Shown piece after piece: positions 53,380 through 62,228 of a stretch of 64,000 nucleotides of DNA. The translations under genes and the position numbers were made by a program. This DNA is from Gemmatimonadaceae bacterium. Lineage in GTDB: Bacteria > Gemmatimonadota > Gemmatimonadetes > Gemmatimonadales > Gemmatimonadaceae. Where the stretch lies: the NCBI GenBank assembly GCA_031411975.1, contig JANOCB010000096.1:22971-86970 (forward strand), read 5' to 3'. Each line of letters begins with the position of its first letter. Position 1 is the first letter of the stretch. Under the pieces are notes generated by a model. That model did no database searches. It saw only the letters and a list, made by a program, of their open reading frames with translations, and was not told where the DNA came from.

Positions 53380-53598
53380 CGTGATGGCTTGATGATGTGT
53401 TCATTTTGACTTCTCGAAGAAACGGCGACACCAGCGGACCCCGGCATGGCACTCCCTTGCTTTTTCGTCATGTGACCTTACTTTGATCTTGTTGTCACGC
53501 AGCCGCGTCGCGCCCGATGGGCAGGGACGTGGCGCTTCGTTGTATCTGACGCGCCGATCCGGGTCTTTTGCCCGACGCGATGGCGCCCATTCATCTGT

Positions 53599-54366
53599 AT
53601 GGATCCCATGACTCCCGACGTGCCCGTTGCTGCCACGGAGGTCGTTGCCGTTCCGGCGGCGCCCGTGAAGCGCAGCCCAGGTCATCGCGGCACCGACATT
53701 CGCGACACCGTCGCTGAAATGACCGCCCGCGCGAACGAAATCCAGTTCGAAGCTGGCAGCAAGATGGCGAATGCGCTCCGGAACATCGTGCGTGCTGCCA
53801 TCGCCGACACCGAGCTGAGCCTGGAGAGCACCCGGGACGTCGTCGATTACTTCCGTCGTCGCGCCCTGATGTCCACCGAGGACGCGCAGGGACTGCTGGA
53901 TGAGGTCGCGGAGTATGCGTCGAAGCGCAAGCCGGTCGAACCGCCGGCCGGCAAGACGCCGCCCGGAAAGCCGAATGCCGCCAAGGTGACGCCGCTGGCC
54001 AGTCTGGCCGAGCGACTGTCGCTGCCTGCGGCGCCGGAAGGGAATGTTGGTCGGCCGACTGCCGGACCGCCGACCATTTCCTCTCCGGCACCTGCTCCGG
54101 TCAAGGTGGCGCCGCCATCGCCGATCCCGGAGCCGGCAGTGATTCCGCTCGCGAAGACGTCCGTGGCCAAGGCCGCCCCGAAGGTCGAGGCCAAGCCGGC
54201 AGCCAAGGTCGAAAAGGCTGCCCCGCCCGCAGCAAAGGCCGCAGCGCCGGCGAAGGCGGCGGCTGCCCCTGCCGCCAAGACCGCCGCCAAGGCCCCGGCA
54301 GCAAAGGCCCCAGCCACCAAGACTGCGGCCAAGACACCAGCCAAGACCGCAGCCAAGAAGAAGTGA
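53599..54366 (+). CDS. Histone H1-like / phasin-like protein with an Ala-Lys-Pro repeat tail
   Basis: ~110-aa helical N-domain, then a ~120-aa low-complexity tail of AAKAP/KTAAK repeats ending in KKK (AlgP/H1-like). Confidence 0.5.
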   Translation: MDPMTPDVPVAATEVVAVPAAPVKRSPGHRGTDIRDTVAEMTARANEIQFEAGSKMANALRNIVRAAIADTELSLESTRDVVDYFRRRALMSTEDAQGLLDEVAEYASKRKPVEPPAGKTPPGKPNAAKVTPLASLAERLSLPAAPEGNVGRPTAGPPTISSPAPAPVKVAPPSPIPEPAVIPLAKTSVAKAAPKVEAKPAAKVEKAAPPAAKAAAPAKAAAAPAAKTAAKAPAAKAPATKTAAKTPAKTAAKKK

Positions 54367-54369
54367 AGG

Positions 54370-54423
54370 TCGGCGCTTCGGCGCCGCGCTCGACCCATCG
54401 CCCGCTGCGCCTCCGGTGCAGCG
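54370..54423 (+). terminator. Tandem hairpins including a UUCG tetraloop stem, 3' of the AKP-repeat gene
   Basis: CGGCGC-TTCG-GCGCCG, followed by CCGCTGC-gcctccggt-GCAGCGG. Confidence 0.45.
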
Positions 54424-54517
54424 GGCGATTCGTTGTCACCCCACCCGCGTCGTGCACGCCGAAGCCGCTCGTGGTAGCTTCGCCCGCCATGTCCCGCCAG
54501 CGCGCCCGTCACTGCCG

Positions 54518-55465
54518 ATGACACGAACCGTCACCGCCACGGCCCCCGCCCGCATCGATCTCGCTGGGGGATGGACCGACGTGCCGCCGTATACCACGGA
54601 GGTCGGCGGGGCCGTCTGTAACGTGGCAATCGAGCTGTTCGCCGTCGCGACGGTCAGCGCGGCCACTCGGGCCGAAGCCCCCGCCAATGCCCTGATCCGA
54701 GCGGCATGGCTGCGGGCCGGCGGGCCCGATGTGACGGTCACCCTCTCCTCCGACATTCCCATCGGGTCCGGACTGGGTGGCTCGTCGGCGGCGGGGGTCG
54801 CACTCGCGGCCGCGCTCGGCAGATGGAGCGGTCGCGACTACTCTCCACATGAACTGGCCGAGCTGAGCCGGAGTACCGAAACCGAGACGCTGGGGCTCGC
54901 TGGCGGCTGCCAGGATCACTTCGCGGCCGCCTATGGCGGTGCACTGCTGCTCGAATGCGAGGCGGAAACCCGCGCCTCCCCCATCACGCTCCGCGACGCG
55001 ACCATCGAGGCACTGCACAGCCGCGGAGTCATCGCCTACACCGGCGAATCCAGAATGTCAGCCAACACCATCACGGCAGTAATGCGCTTGTATCGCGATA
55101 ATGATGCAGTGACCTGCGGAGCACTCCGCACGATGGCCGAGCTCGCACCGCAGGTGGCTGACGCACTCGCAGACGGTGACCTCGATCGGATCGGCAGACT
55201 GCTGACGAAGCAATGGACCGCCCAGCGATCGCTGCACGCCAGCATCACCACCCCTGCGATCGATGCGATCGTGGCCGAGGCGGCCGAGGCTGGCGCGCTG
55301 GGCACCAAGGCGCTCGGCGCATCGGGCGGCGGCTGTGTCTTCGTGCTGGCTGCCGAAGGGAAAGAACAAGCCGTTCGCGCGGCGGTCGCCCGTCATGCCA
55401 CTCTCCTGCCGTTCCGCGTCGCGCGGAGCGGAGTCCAGATCCTCGACACCGGCGCCCCAGACTGA
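54518..55465 (+). CDS. GHMP-family sugar kinase
   Basis: GHMP ATP-binding motif PIGSGLGGSSAAGVALAAAL. N-terminal APARIDLAGGWTDV matches the galactokinase/heptose-kinase-like substrate loop. Confidence 0.75.
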   Translation: MTRTVTATAPARIDLAGGWTDVPPYTTEVGGAVCNVAIELFAVATVSAATRAEAPANALIRAAWLRAGGPDVTVTLSSDIPIGSGLGGSSAAGVALAAALGRWSGRDYSPHELAELSRSTETETLGLAGGCQDHFAAAYGGALLLECEAETRASPITLRDATIEALHSRGVIAYTGESRMSANTITAVMRLYRDNDAVTCGALRTMAELAPQVADALADGDLDRIGRLLTKQWTAQRSLHASITTPAIDAIVAEAAEAGALGTKALGASGGGCVFVLAAEGKEQAVRAAVARHATLLPFRVARSGVQILDTGAPD

Positions 55466-56622
55466 TGCCGATCCGACCGGGCGATGCCCGCAGCCTGACC
55501 GAGACGCTCGTCCGCGTCGATTCGCGGAATCCGACCCTCGTCCCCGGAGCCCCGGGTGAAACTGGCGTCGCTCATGTCCTCGCCGAGGTGCTCGGCGGGT
55601 GGGGCTTCCGGCTCGAGTGGCAGGATGTGCGCGACGGGAGGGCGAACCTGCTGGCGCGCATCGGCACGCCGGAGCCCGGGGCACCCGTGCTGATGTTCAA
55701 CGGGCACCTCGATGTGGTGGGCACCGATGGCATGGACCACCCGCCTTTCGTGCCGGAAGTCCGGGACGGTCGCATGTACGGGCGGGGCAGCTGCGACATG
55801 AAGGCGGGCGTCGCAGCCATGTCGGTGGCCGCGTGGCAGGCGGCGCAGCAGGGCATCCGCGGCGAGATCATCGTGGCAGCGGTGATCGACGAGGAGTTCG
55901 AGTCGCTGGGCACCCGCGCCATGCTGGAGCGTGGCGTCCGTGCCGATGTCGCCGTCGTCACCGAGCCCACCCGACTCGCCATCTGTCCGGCGCATCGCGG
56001 ATTCGTCTGGATCGAGTTCACCTTCACGGGGCGTGCGGCACATGGCAGTCGATACGACCTCGGCATCGACGCCATTCAGCATGCCGCCCTGGTGCTGACG
56101 GCGCTCGATCGGTTTCAGCAGACCGTACTGCCGGGGCGGACGCATCCCCTGCTTGGTCGTGCCTCCCTGCACGCATCGACCATCGCCGGTGGTGTGGGCT
56201 GGAGTACCTACCCCGAGGGGTGCACCCTGCGTGTGGAGCGACGCACCGTGCCCGGCGAGACGACCGCATCGGTCCTGCGTGAGGTGGAGGGCATTCTCGC
56301 CGAACTCAGGGTGGTCGAGCCACAGCTCGCGGTGACGGTGCGCATCGACACGGCGCAGGGGCCGAGTGATGTGTCGGTCGATGCACCGCTCGTCCAGCGG
56401 CTGTCGGCAGCGCACGAATCGGTGCGCGGGGCCATGCCGCCGATCGAGGGATTGAGCGCCTGGACCGATGCGGCGCTGCTGAACGACGCCGGCATCCCTG
56501 CCGTCTGCTTCGGGCCGGGTGATACTGCCCTCGCGCATGCGGCCACCGAGTACGTACCGCTGGCCGAGATCGATGCGGCGACGGCCGTCCTGACGGCCTT
56601 CGCGCTCGACTGGTGCGCCTGA
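55465..56622 (+). CDS. M20-family metallopeptidase / deacylase (ArgE/DapE-like)
   Basis: ATG overlaps the kinase stop (TGATG). Metal ligands in NGHLDVV…GRGSCDMKAG…DEEFESLG…, and a dimerisation lid. Confidence 0.8.
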   Translation: MPIRPGDARSLTETLVRVDSRNPTLVPGAPGETGVAHVLAEVLGGWGFRLEWQDVRDGRANLLARIGTPEPGAPVLMFNGHLDVVGTDGMDHPPFVPEVRDGRMYGRGSCDMKAGVAAMSVAAWQAAQQGIRGEIIVAAVIDEEFESLGTRAMLERGVRADVAVVTEPTRLAICPAHRGFVWIEFTFTGRAAHGSRYDLGIDAIQHAALVLTALDRFQQTVLPGRTHPLLGRASLHASTIAGGVGWSTYPEGCTLRVERRTVPGETTASVLREVEGILAELRVVEPQLAVTVRIDTAQGPSDVSVDAPLVQRLSAAHESVRGAMPPIEGLSAWTDAALLNDAGIPAVCFGPGDTALAHAATEYVPLAEIDAATAVLTAFALDWCA

Positions 56623-56644
56623 CCCTGATGCCACGGACCTGCCG

Positions 56645-56854
56645 GTGACTGCAGCACAATACGACGCCCTCGAGCGCGCGATCGTGGATCGCTCCCGCGT
56701 GGCGATTCGGATCAACGGGGCCGAGATGGTCGTGATTCCGGAGCAAATCCTGATGAAGGATGGCCGGGAGCTGCTGGTGACCCAGAATCCGTCCAGCGGG
56801 CTGCCGCTGCATCTGAAGATCGACGACATCGAGCGGGTCGAGGTGGTGCGGTGA
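56645..56854 (+). CDS. Small hypothetical protein (69 aa)
   Basis: In-operon ORF whose stop overlaps the rnhA start (GTGA). No known motif. Confidence 0.4.
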   Translation: MTAAQYDALERAIVDRSRVAIRINGAEMVVIPEQILMKDGRELLVTQNPSSGLPLHLKIDDIERVEVVR

Positions 56855-57474
56855 GCGCTCGGTTCCCGCTGGTGGCGGTGTACGCCGACGAGAGCTGTCT
56901 GGGCAATGGAAAGAAGGGCCAGACTCCCGGAGGTGCCGGGGGGCTCGTCGAGTACCAGATGCGCAGCGGTGACATCGTGTTCCGCGACTTCTGGATCAGC
57001 GAGCCCGACACCACCAACAACCGCATGGCATTGCAGAGCGTCATTCAGGCGTTCACGCACCTGTCGGCCAAGGGCGAGCCGCTGAGCGTGGTCTTCACCA
57101 CCGATTCGCGATACCTCGTGGACGGCATGTCGTCATGGGTGCACGGCTGGGTGCGCAAGCAATGGCGGAAGGCCGACGGCAAGCCGGTGGAGAACGTGGC
57201 GCTCTGGCAGCAGGCGCTGCAGGCCGTGTCGGCGGGACGGCATGAGGTGGAGTGGCGCTGGGTGAAGGGCCACGCCGGCCATGTGCAGAACGAATGGGCG
57301 AATGAACTGGCGACGCGGGCGGCGGCAAACCAGACGCAGTCGGGCGGGCTGATCGAATCAGGGTATCTGTCCTGGGTGGAGTCGCGTCCACTCGCGGTGC
57401 GAAAGAGCGGTCCGCCGTCACCATTTCCGGACGCATCCTCCTTCAGGGCCGCGAAGGCCCTTCCCGCTGCGTGA
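56851..57474 (+). CDS. rnhA: Ribonuclease HI with a ~55-aa C-terminal extension
   Basis: DEDD catalytic residues in VAVYADESCLGNG…TNNRMALQSV…VFTTDSRYLV…WVKGHAGHVQNEWANELA. Confidence 0.8.
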   Translation: MSARFPLVAVYADESCLGNGKKGQTPGGAGGLVEYQMRSGDIVFRDFWISEPDTTNNRMALQSVIQAFTHLSAKGEPLSVVFTTDSRYLVDGMSSWVHGWVRKQWRKADGKPVENVALWQQALQAVSAGRHEVEWRWVKGHAGHVQNEWANELATRAAANQTQSGGLIESGYLSWVESRPLAVRKSGPPSPFPDASSFRAAKALPAA

Positions 57475-58526
57475 CCTCTCCATATTCTGCAGCGATGACT
57501 GCTGACCCGACCGTTCTCGATCGCATCTTCAACCGACTCGTGCGGGCCTTGTCGGTCGGCAGCCCCGACCAGCTGTCGGCCCCGTTCACGGTCTCCGACA
57601 TCGTCCAGGCGCTCGTGCCCTATCGCACGTATCGCGCGGAGCTCGGGGTGGACACGGTGCAGGACTACGAGCACGCCGTGCTGGAGTTGCTGGCCGGCGA
57701 GCGCGGATTGCTGGTGGTGGATCCGGACACGGTGGCCGCGATTCGCAAGGAACTCGCGTCGCCTGACCCCGACACCGGTATGCTGCACCGCCTGCAGCAG
57801 GTCGAGGCCCGGCTCGGTGCCGTCCGAATGCCGATCCTGATCGACGAGCGTGCCACCGCGCCGCGCGAGGAGCCGGTGCGCGAGTCGGGCACGCCGCGAG
57901 ACGTGATCCTCTCCGACGCGGCCGTGATCGGTGCCGCGATGGATCTGGAGGATGCCGAGCTGGCACGTGCGGCATCCGTCGATCAGCGGCGTACACCGGC
58001 GGCGACGACACCAGCACCGCCGCTGCCAGTGGCCTCGCCAGCAGGCACGTTGCCGTCGGTGGCCGATCTGACGGCACTGGTGCCTGCCGAACCACCGGGC
58101 ACGACCCCGCTGCAGTCTGTGCAGGGCGTGACGCTGGCGAGTGCCGCGACGCTCGCGCGCATCACCCCCCTCAACACGCCGTCGGTGTATGGCGACCCGA
58201 TCGACTTCCGCGGTGTCCGGCACGCGCCGGTGGACATCGGTGGCGTGATCTTCCTGTTCGGCATGATCGCGCGCGAGTTGGGCTTCCATGTCGAGGCGCT
58301 GTCGAGTGGCTTTCCTCGCTGCGAAGCCAAGCGACAGCTGGCCCCGGGCAAGTGGGCGCGCCTGCGCATCGACTTCGAGCTGGAGAGCCGGCATTTCCGC
58401 GATGCCGGCCGCAATCCGGCCACGGTGGACCTGATCATCTGCTGGCGCGACACCTGGCCCAACCGCCCCGCCTCGATCGACGTGCTGGCGCTCGACCGCA
58501 TCCTTCCGACTCTCGCGCGCGACTAG
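57471..58526 (+). CDS. Hypothetical protein, possible PD-(D/E)xK-like C-terminal domain
   Basis: GTG start overlapping the rnhA stop. Pro/Thr-rich middle linker. The C-terminal ~130 aa contain PVD…(≈30 aa)…EAK and IDFELE acidic motifs. The nuclease assignment is speculative. Confidence 0.45.
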   Translation: MTSPYSAAMTADPTVLDRIFNRLVRALSVGSPDQLSAPFTVSDIVQALVPYRTYRAELGVDTVQDYEHAVLELLAGERGLLVVDPDTVAAIRKELASPDPDTGMLHRLQQVEARLGAVRMPILIDERATAPREEPVRESGTPRDVILSDAAVIGAAMDLEDAELARAASVDQRRTPAATTPAPPLPVASPAGTLPSVADLTALVPAEPPGTTPLQSVQGVTLASAATLARITPLNTPSVYGDPIDFRGVRHAPVDIGGVIFLFGMIARELGFHVEALSSGFPRCEAKRQLAPGKWARLRIDFELESRHFRDAGRNPATVDLIICWRDTWPNRPASIDVLALDRILPTLARD

Positions 58527-58531
58527 CCCCG

Positions 58532-58762
58532 ATGCCCAACACCGCTGCCATCGACCGTGGGGGGCCGTGTCCCTTCTGCACCCACCTGTTGCCGCAGGGC
58601 CGCGCCGTGACGTTCTGCCCGCACTGCGGCATGAACGTCACCGTGGCGCAGTGCCCCGCCTGCAGCAGCGAAGTGCAGGCGGGGTGGCACTACTGCGTGA
58701 CCTGCGGGCGCGACGTGAGTGCGATGCCGATCATTCAGGGCACCCTTCCGCGGGAGCCGTAG
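58532..58762 (+). CDS. Double zinc-ribbon protein (76 aa)
   Basis: CPFC…CPHC…CPAC…CVTC: four CxxC pairs. Confidence 0.5.
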   Translation: MPNTAAIDRGGPCPFCTHLLPQGRAVTFCPHCGMNVTVAQCPACSSEVQAGWHYCVTCGRDVSAMPIIQGTLPREP

Positions 58763-58787
58763 CGAGGATCGGGCACCGCCGATTTCT

Positions 58788-58928
58788 CTCACACGGAGGC
58801 ACGGTGCCACGGAGGGATTGCTCGCGGCGCCGCCGGGGTCTTTTCCATGCCATCTCCTCTGAGCGCACGTGCAGCGCGGGAGGTCCCTGCGCAGGGTTCT
58901 GCTCCGTGACTCCGCGCCTCCGTGTGAG
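58788..58928. repeat. Palindromic intergenic repeat element, copy B (REP/MITE-like)
   Basis: CTCACACGGAGGCACGGTGCCACGGAGG … GCGCAGGGTT … CCGTGACTCCGCGCCTCCGTGTGAG. Shares its termini and an internal GCGCAGGGTT block with copy A (22146..22274). Lies between the convergent zinc-ribbon and KAS III genes. Confidence 0.5.
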
Positions 58929-58959
58929 GGGCGTTGTGGCATCCCATGTGCGAACGTGC

Positions 58960-59964
58960 TCAGTACGTGATCGCCGCACCGCCGAGTGAGAGACCGGCGG
59001 CGAGCCCGAACAGCAGCACACGGTCGCCGCGGCGCACGCGTCCCGACGCAATCGATTCGGCCAGGGCGAGCGGCATCGATGCCGCGATGCAGTTGCCACG
59101 GGTGGCGAGGTTCTGAACGATCTGCTCCTCGCGAAAGCCCAGCAGCTTCCAGCCCAGTTCAATGCCGTGACGGCTCGCCTGATGCGGCACCACCGCCGCG
59201 ATGTCGTCACGCTGCCAGCCCGCGTCGGCGCAGAGTGCGTCCATGAACGGCAGCAGCAGCGGCGCCGCCTTGCGGAAGAGTTGCGGGCCCCGCATGGCGA
59301 AGAGGTTGTGCGCGAGCGTGGTGGCCGGATCGTTGGGATGATGCAGCGTTCCGCCACCGCTGATCTGACTCAGCTCGGCGCCGCTGTGCCAGGTCTGCAG
59401 CCGTGTGCAGTGCAACGCGCTCTCCGTGTTGCCGGCATGCGAGACGATCACCGCCGCTGCGGCATCGCCGAACAACACCGCACTTTCGGGCTCGGCAGGG
59501 TTCAGGCTGTGCCCGGCGTTCTCGCTGCTGAACACGAGCACGTGTCGGTGCGCGCCTGCGGCGACGAGCCGCGCGGCCACGTCGAAGGCGGCGAGGAAGG
59601 AGAGACAGGTGGCATTGACGTCGAAACAGGACGCCACCCCTTCCGGTGCACCGAGCTCCCGCTGGACGAAGACGGCGGTGCATGGAATCGCCTGCTGCGG
59701 CGTGCTCGAGGCACCGATGATCGCCGTCAGGTCGCCGGCCGTGAGCCCCGCCATCGCCAGGGCCTCCCGTGCCGCCGACGCGGCCATCACCGACGAACTT
59801 TCACCATCGGCACGACGCCGTTCGCGGACCCCGGTTCGATCGAAGATCCAGCCGGGCGCGAGGCCAAGCTGGGCCTCCAGCTCATCGTTCGTGACGATGC
59901 GTGCCGGCAGATACGCCCCTGCGCCCGAGATGCGCACAGGGAGTGAGGCAGGAGTCATGGTCAT
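58960..59964 (-). CDS. 3-oxoacyl-ACP synthase III-like condensing enzyme (FabH/OleA/DarB-type)
   Basis: Cys-His-Asn triad context (…FDVNATCLSFLAA…, …VVPHQASRHG…, …TRGNCIAASMPLAL…). 334 aa. Confidence 0.8.
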   Translation of the reverse strand: MTMTPASLPVRISGAGAYLPARIVTNDELEAQLGLAPGWIFDRTGVRERRRADGESSSVMAASAAREALAMAGLTAGDLTAIIGASSTPQQAIPCTAVFVQRELGAPEGVASCFDVNATCLSFLAAFDVAARLVAAGAHRHVLVFSSENAGHSLNPAEPESAVLFGDAAAAVIVSHAGNTESALHCTRLQTWHSGAELSQISGGGTLHHPNDPATTLAHNLFAMRGPQLFRKAAPLLLPFMDALCADAGWQRDDIAAVVPHQASRHGIELGWKLLGFREEQIVQNLATRGNCIAASMPLALAESIASGRVRRGDRVLLFGLAAGLSLGGAAITY

Positions 59965-61301
59965 GACGCCTGCAGCTCGCGGGCGGCATCGCGCTTCCAG
60001 CTGCAGACCACCCGGCGCCGCTTCATGCCAGCAGGCAACGGTGCGATGCCGTCGCTCACCATCACCGCGGTCGCATGGCAGCCGTACTCCGCGAGCGACG
60101 AGCGCACGCTCTGCTCGAGCCGGGCTGCGACGTCGCGGAACGACGCCCCCGATCGCACGACCACCTGCAAGGACAGCGCGCCCGGTACCGACTGCTCGGC
60201 GCGATACTCCGCGATCTGCGTATCGGCCAGCAGCACCATGCGTCGGATCGCATCGGGGAACACCGCCCGCAGCGAGTCGTCCGACTGCGGAAACCAGCAG
60301 AGATCATCCTGACGCCCCTCGATTGCGGCGATGCGCTGCCAGGAGGAGCCGCAGGGGCACGGTGCCATGTCGAGCTGGAGGATGTCGCCAAGGCGGTACC
60401 GGATGATCGGCTGCGTGCGACGCCAGAGATCGGTGAGGATCGGGGTCACACGCGAGGGGTCGGCGGCGGACACCGTTTCACGTTGCATCACCATCACATC
60501 CTCCTGCACATGGAGTGATCCGCGGCGGCAGGTCACCGCAACGAGGCCCTCCGTGCACTGATAGACCTCACCGACGGGCACCTGGAACACCTGTTCGAGT
60601 CGGGCGCGGTCATGGGGTTCGATCACCTCGGCCACCGAAACGAGGCGCGTGGGGTGCACGTGCAGCGTGCCATTCTCCCGGGCATCGGCCAGGAGAGCCA
60701 GCAGCGACGGCGGTCCGACGATCAGCCTGGGGCGGAAGGTGTTGAGCGTCGCGATCACCTGGGCGAGGGGCTGCATGAGGTCGAAGAACCGGAACTGCAC
60801 CACGGACGACGTGCGCTCGTACAGTCGGCTGTTGGCACGCAGGAAGAAGGCGACGCGGTGACCGGGGCGAAGGTCGGGAATGGCGCGGGCGAGGATGGTG
60901 CCGGCCCAGCGCGTCTGCTCCTCGGGGCTGACGAGGAAGAGTCCGCGGTGTCCCGACGTGCCGCTGGAAAGCCCGACGGTGCAGCCATCGATGTCGGCGG
61001 AAAAGTCGCGGTCCTGCTCTGCCCGGAGTGCGACTTCCATGGCACGCTCACGCAGAATGCCCCGTGTGTTGAAACGGTCGAAGTGCCGCATCATCAGCGC
61101 CTTGTCCAGCGTCGGGAAGTTGCGCCAGTCGGCGGTGGCGCGACCGGCCCAATGGTCGCGGTGGAAGGGGCTCGTGGCGCGCACGTCGCGCACCAGCTCC
61201 GCCGCACGCCGTTCGTGCCATTCAGCCAGCCGGGTTCCATGCAGCGTGACGGCACGCCATCGCGCCGCGATGTAGTGCGCGGCGATGTCGAGGCGCGTCA
61301 T
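59961..61301 (-). CDS. Adenylate-forming enzyme, coenzyme-F390-synthetase / PaaK / CapK-like
   Basis: P-loop-like GLSSGTSGHRGLFLV and a C-terminal …RYRLGDILQL… of the PaaK/F390-synthetase clade of the ANL superfamily. ATGA overlap with the KAS III start. Confidence 0.6.
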   Translation of the reverse strand: MTRLDIAAHYIAARWRAVTLHGTRLAEWHERRAAELVRDVRATSPFHRDHWAGRATADWRNFPTLDKALMMRHFDRFNTRGILRERAMEVALRAEQDRDFSADIDGCTVGLSSGTSGHRGLFLVSPEEQTRWAGTILARAIPDLRPGHRVAFFLRANSRLYERTSSVVQFRFFDLMQPLAQVIATLNTFRPRLIVGPPSLLALLADARENGTLHVHPTRLVSVAEVIEPHDRARLEQVFQVPVGEVYQCTEGLVAVTCRRGSLHVQEDVMVMQRETVSAADPSRVTPILTDLWRRTQPIIRYRLGDILQLDMAPCPCGSSWQRIAAIEGRQDDLCWFPQSDDSLRAVFPDAIRRMVLLADTQIAEYRAEQSVPGALSLQVVVRSGASFRDVAARLEQSVRSSLAEYGCHATAVMVSDGIAPLPAGMKRRRVVCSWKRDAARELQAS

Positions 61302-61323
61302 TCTTGCATCCCGATCAAGCGGG

Positions 61324-61407
61324 TGATCAAGGGGTCAGACACCATGGTGCCGATCAAGGGGTCAGAGCCCTTGAAAACGCATCGCCCGATCAAGGGGTCA
61401 GACACCT
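61324..61407. repeat. Three spaced copies of a ~20-bp direct repeat in the only intergenic gap of the operon
   Basis: tGATCAAGGGGTCAGACACC (61324), cGATCAAGGGGTCAGAgCCC (61351), cGATCAAGGGGTCAGACACC (61388), plus a partial CGATCAAG at 61312. Spacings are 27 and 37 bp. Confidence 0.5.
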
Positions 61408-62228
61408 TGAACATGCTCCGCCCATGCCAGCGTCTCCGGACAGTGCGTCGGCAGGATCGTGACGTCGGGCCGAGCGCGCGCGAAGTCGCGCAACCCGCGC
61501 AACGTCGTGCGCAGCGCCGGCACATCGTCCTGCATCAGGGCGGTGATCCAGTGCGGCGGACGGAATTCGCGGAACGCCTGCGAGGTCCAGGCGCCATCGG
61601 CGCAGAGCAGCACGTCACCCGAGGCGGTCCGCACCAGGGCACCGATCTGACCGCGGGCGTGACCGGGGAGCGGTACGAGCCGGATGCTGCCGTCGCCCAG
61701 CAGATCGTGCGTGGCGCCGAGATGGGGCAGTGATGCGGCGTCGAAGCCAGTGATCACCTCGGCGCGTTCGCCGAAGTCATCCGGAAAGAGTTGTTGCACG
61801 ATTCCCCGCCGGACGGCGTCGACGCCCCGCGACACTCGTTGCAGCGCGAGTGCCTCGCGGGTGACGACGAAGCGGGCCGATGCGAAGTCGCGAAGCCCGG
61901 CGACATGGTCGGCATGCAGGTGCGACACGATGATCGTGCCCACGGCCTCGGGCTGAACACCAAGCTGCTGGACACCCTCGGCCACCGGGATGCCGACGAT
62001 GGTTGGGGTGGCGTACTTGTAGAGTCGCTCCGGCCACTGCGCAAAGGCGTCGAGCAGTCGCGGGGCGTACCCGGTGTCGAAGAGGATGGCGCCGCGCTGT
62101 GGATGCCGAAGCAGGAAGGCAGGCGCGTGACATCGGACTTCGTCCCAGCCAGTGCCGGTCGCGATGAGCGACGACCGCGCGCTGCAGTACCCAGTATCGA
62201 GCACGTCGAGTTGCATTGTCGGTTTCAT
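61398..62228 (-). CDS. MBL-fold metallo-hydrolase
   Basis: HxHxDH motif (IIVSHLHADHVAGL) plus downstream His/Asp ligands (…PLPGHARGQ…, …LPTHCPET…). Confidence 0.8.
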   Translation of the reverse strand: MKPTMQLDVLDTGYCSARSSLIATGTGWDEVRCHAPAFLLRHPQRGAILFDTGYAPRLLDAFAQWPERLYKYATPTIVGIPVAEGVQQLGVQPEAVGTIIVSHLHADHVAGLRDFASARFVVTREALALQRVSRGVDAVRRGIVQQLFPDDFGERAEVITGFDAASLPHLGATHDLLGDGSIRLVPLPGHARGQIGALVRTASGDVLLCADGAWTSQAFREFRPPHWITALMQDDVPALRTTLRGLRDFARARPDVTILPTHCPETLAWAEHVQGV

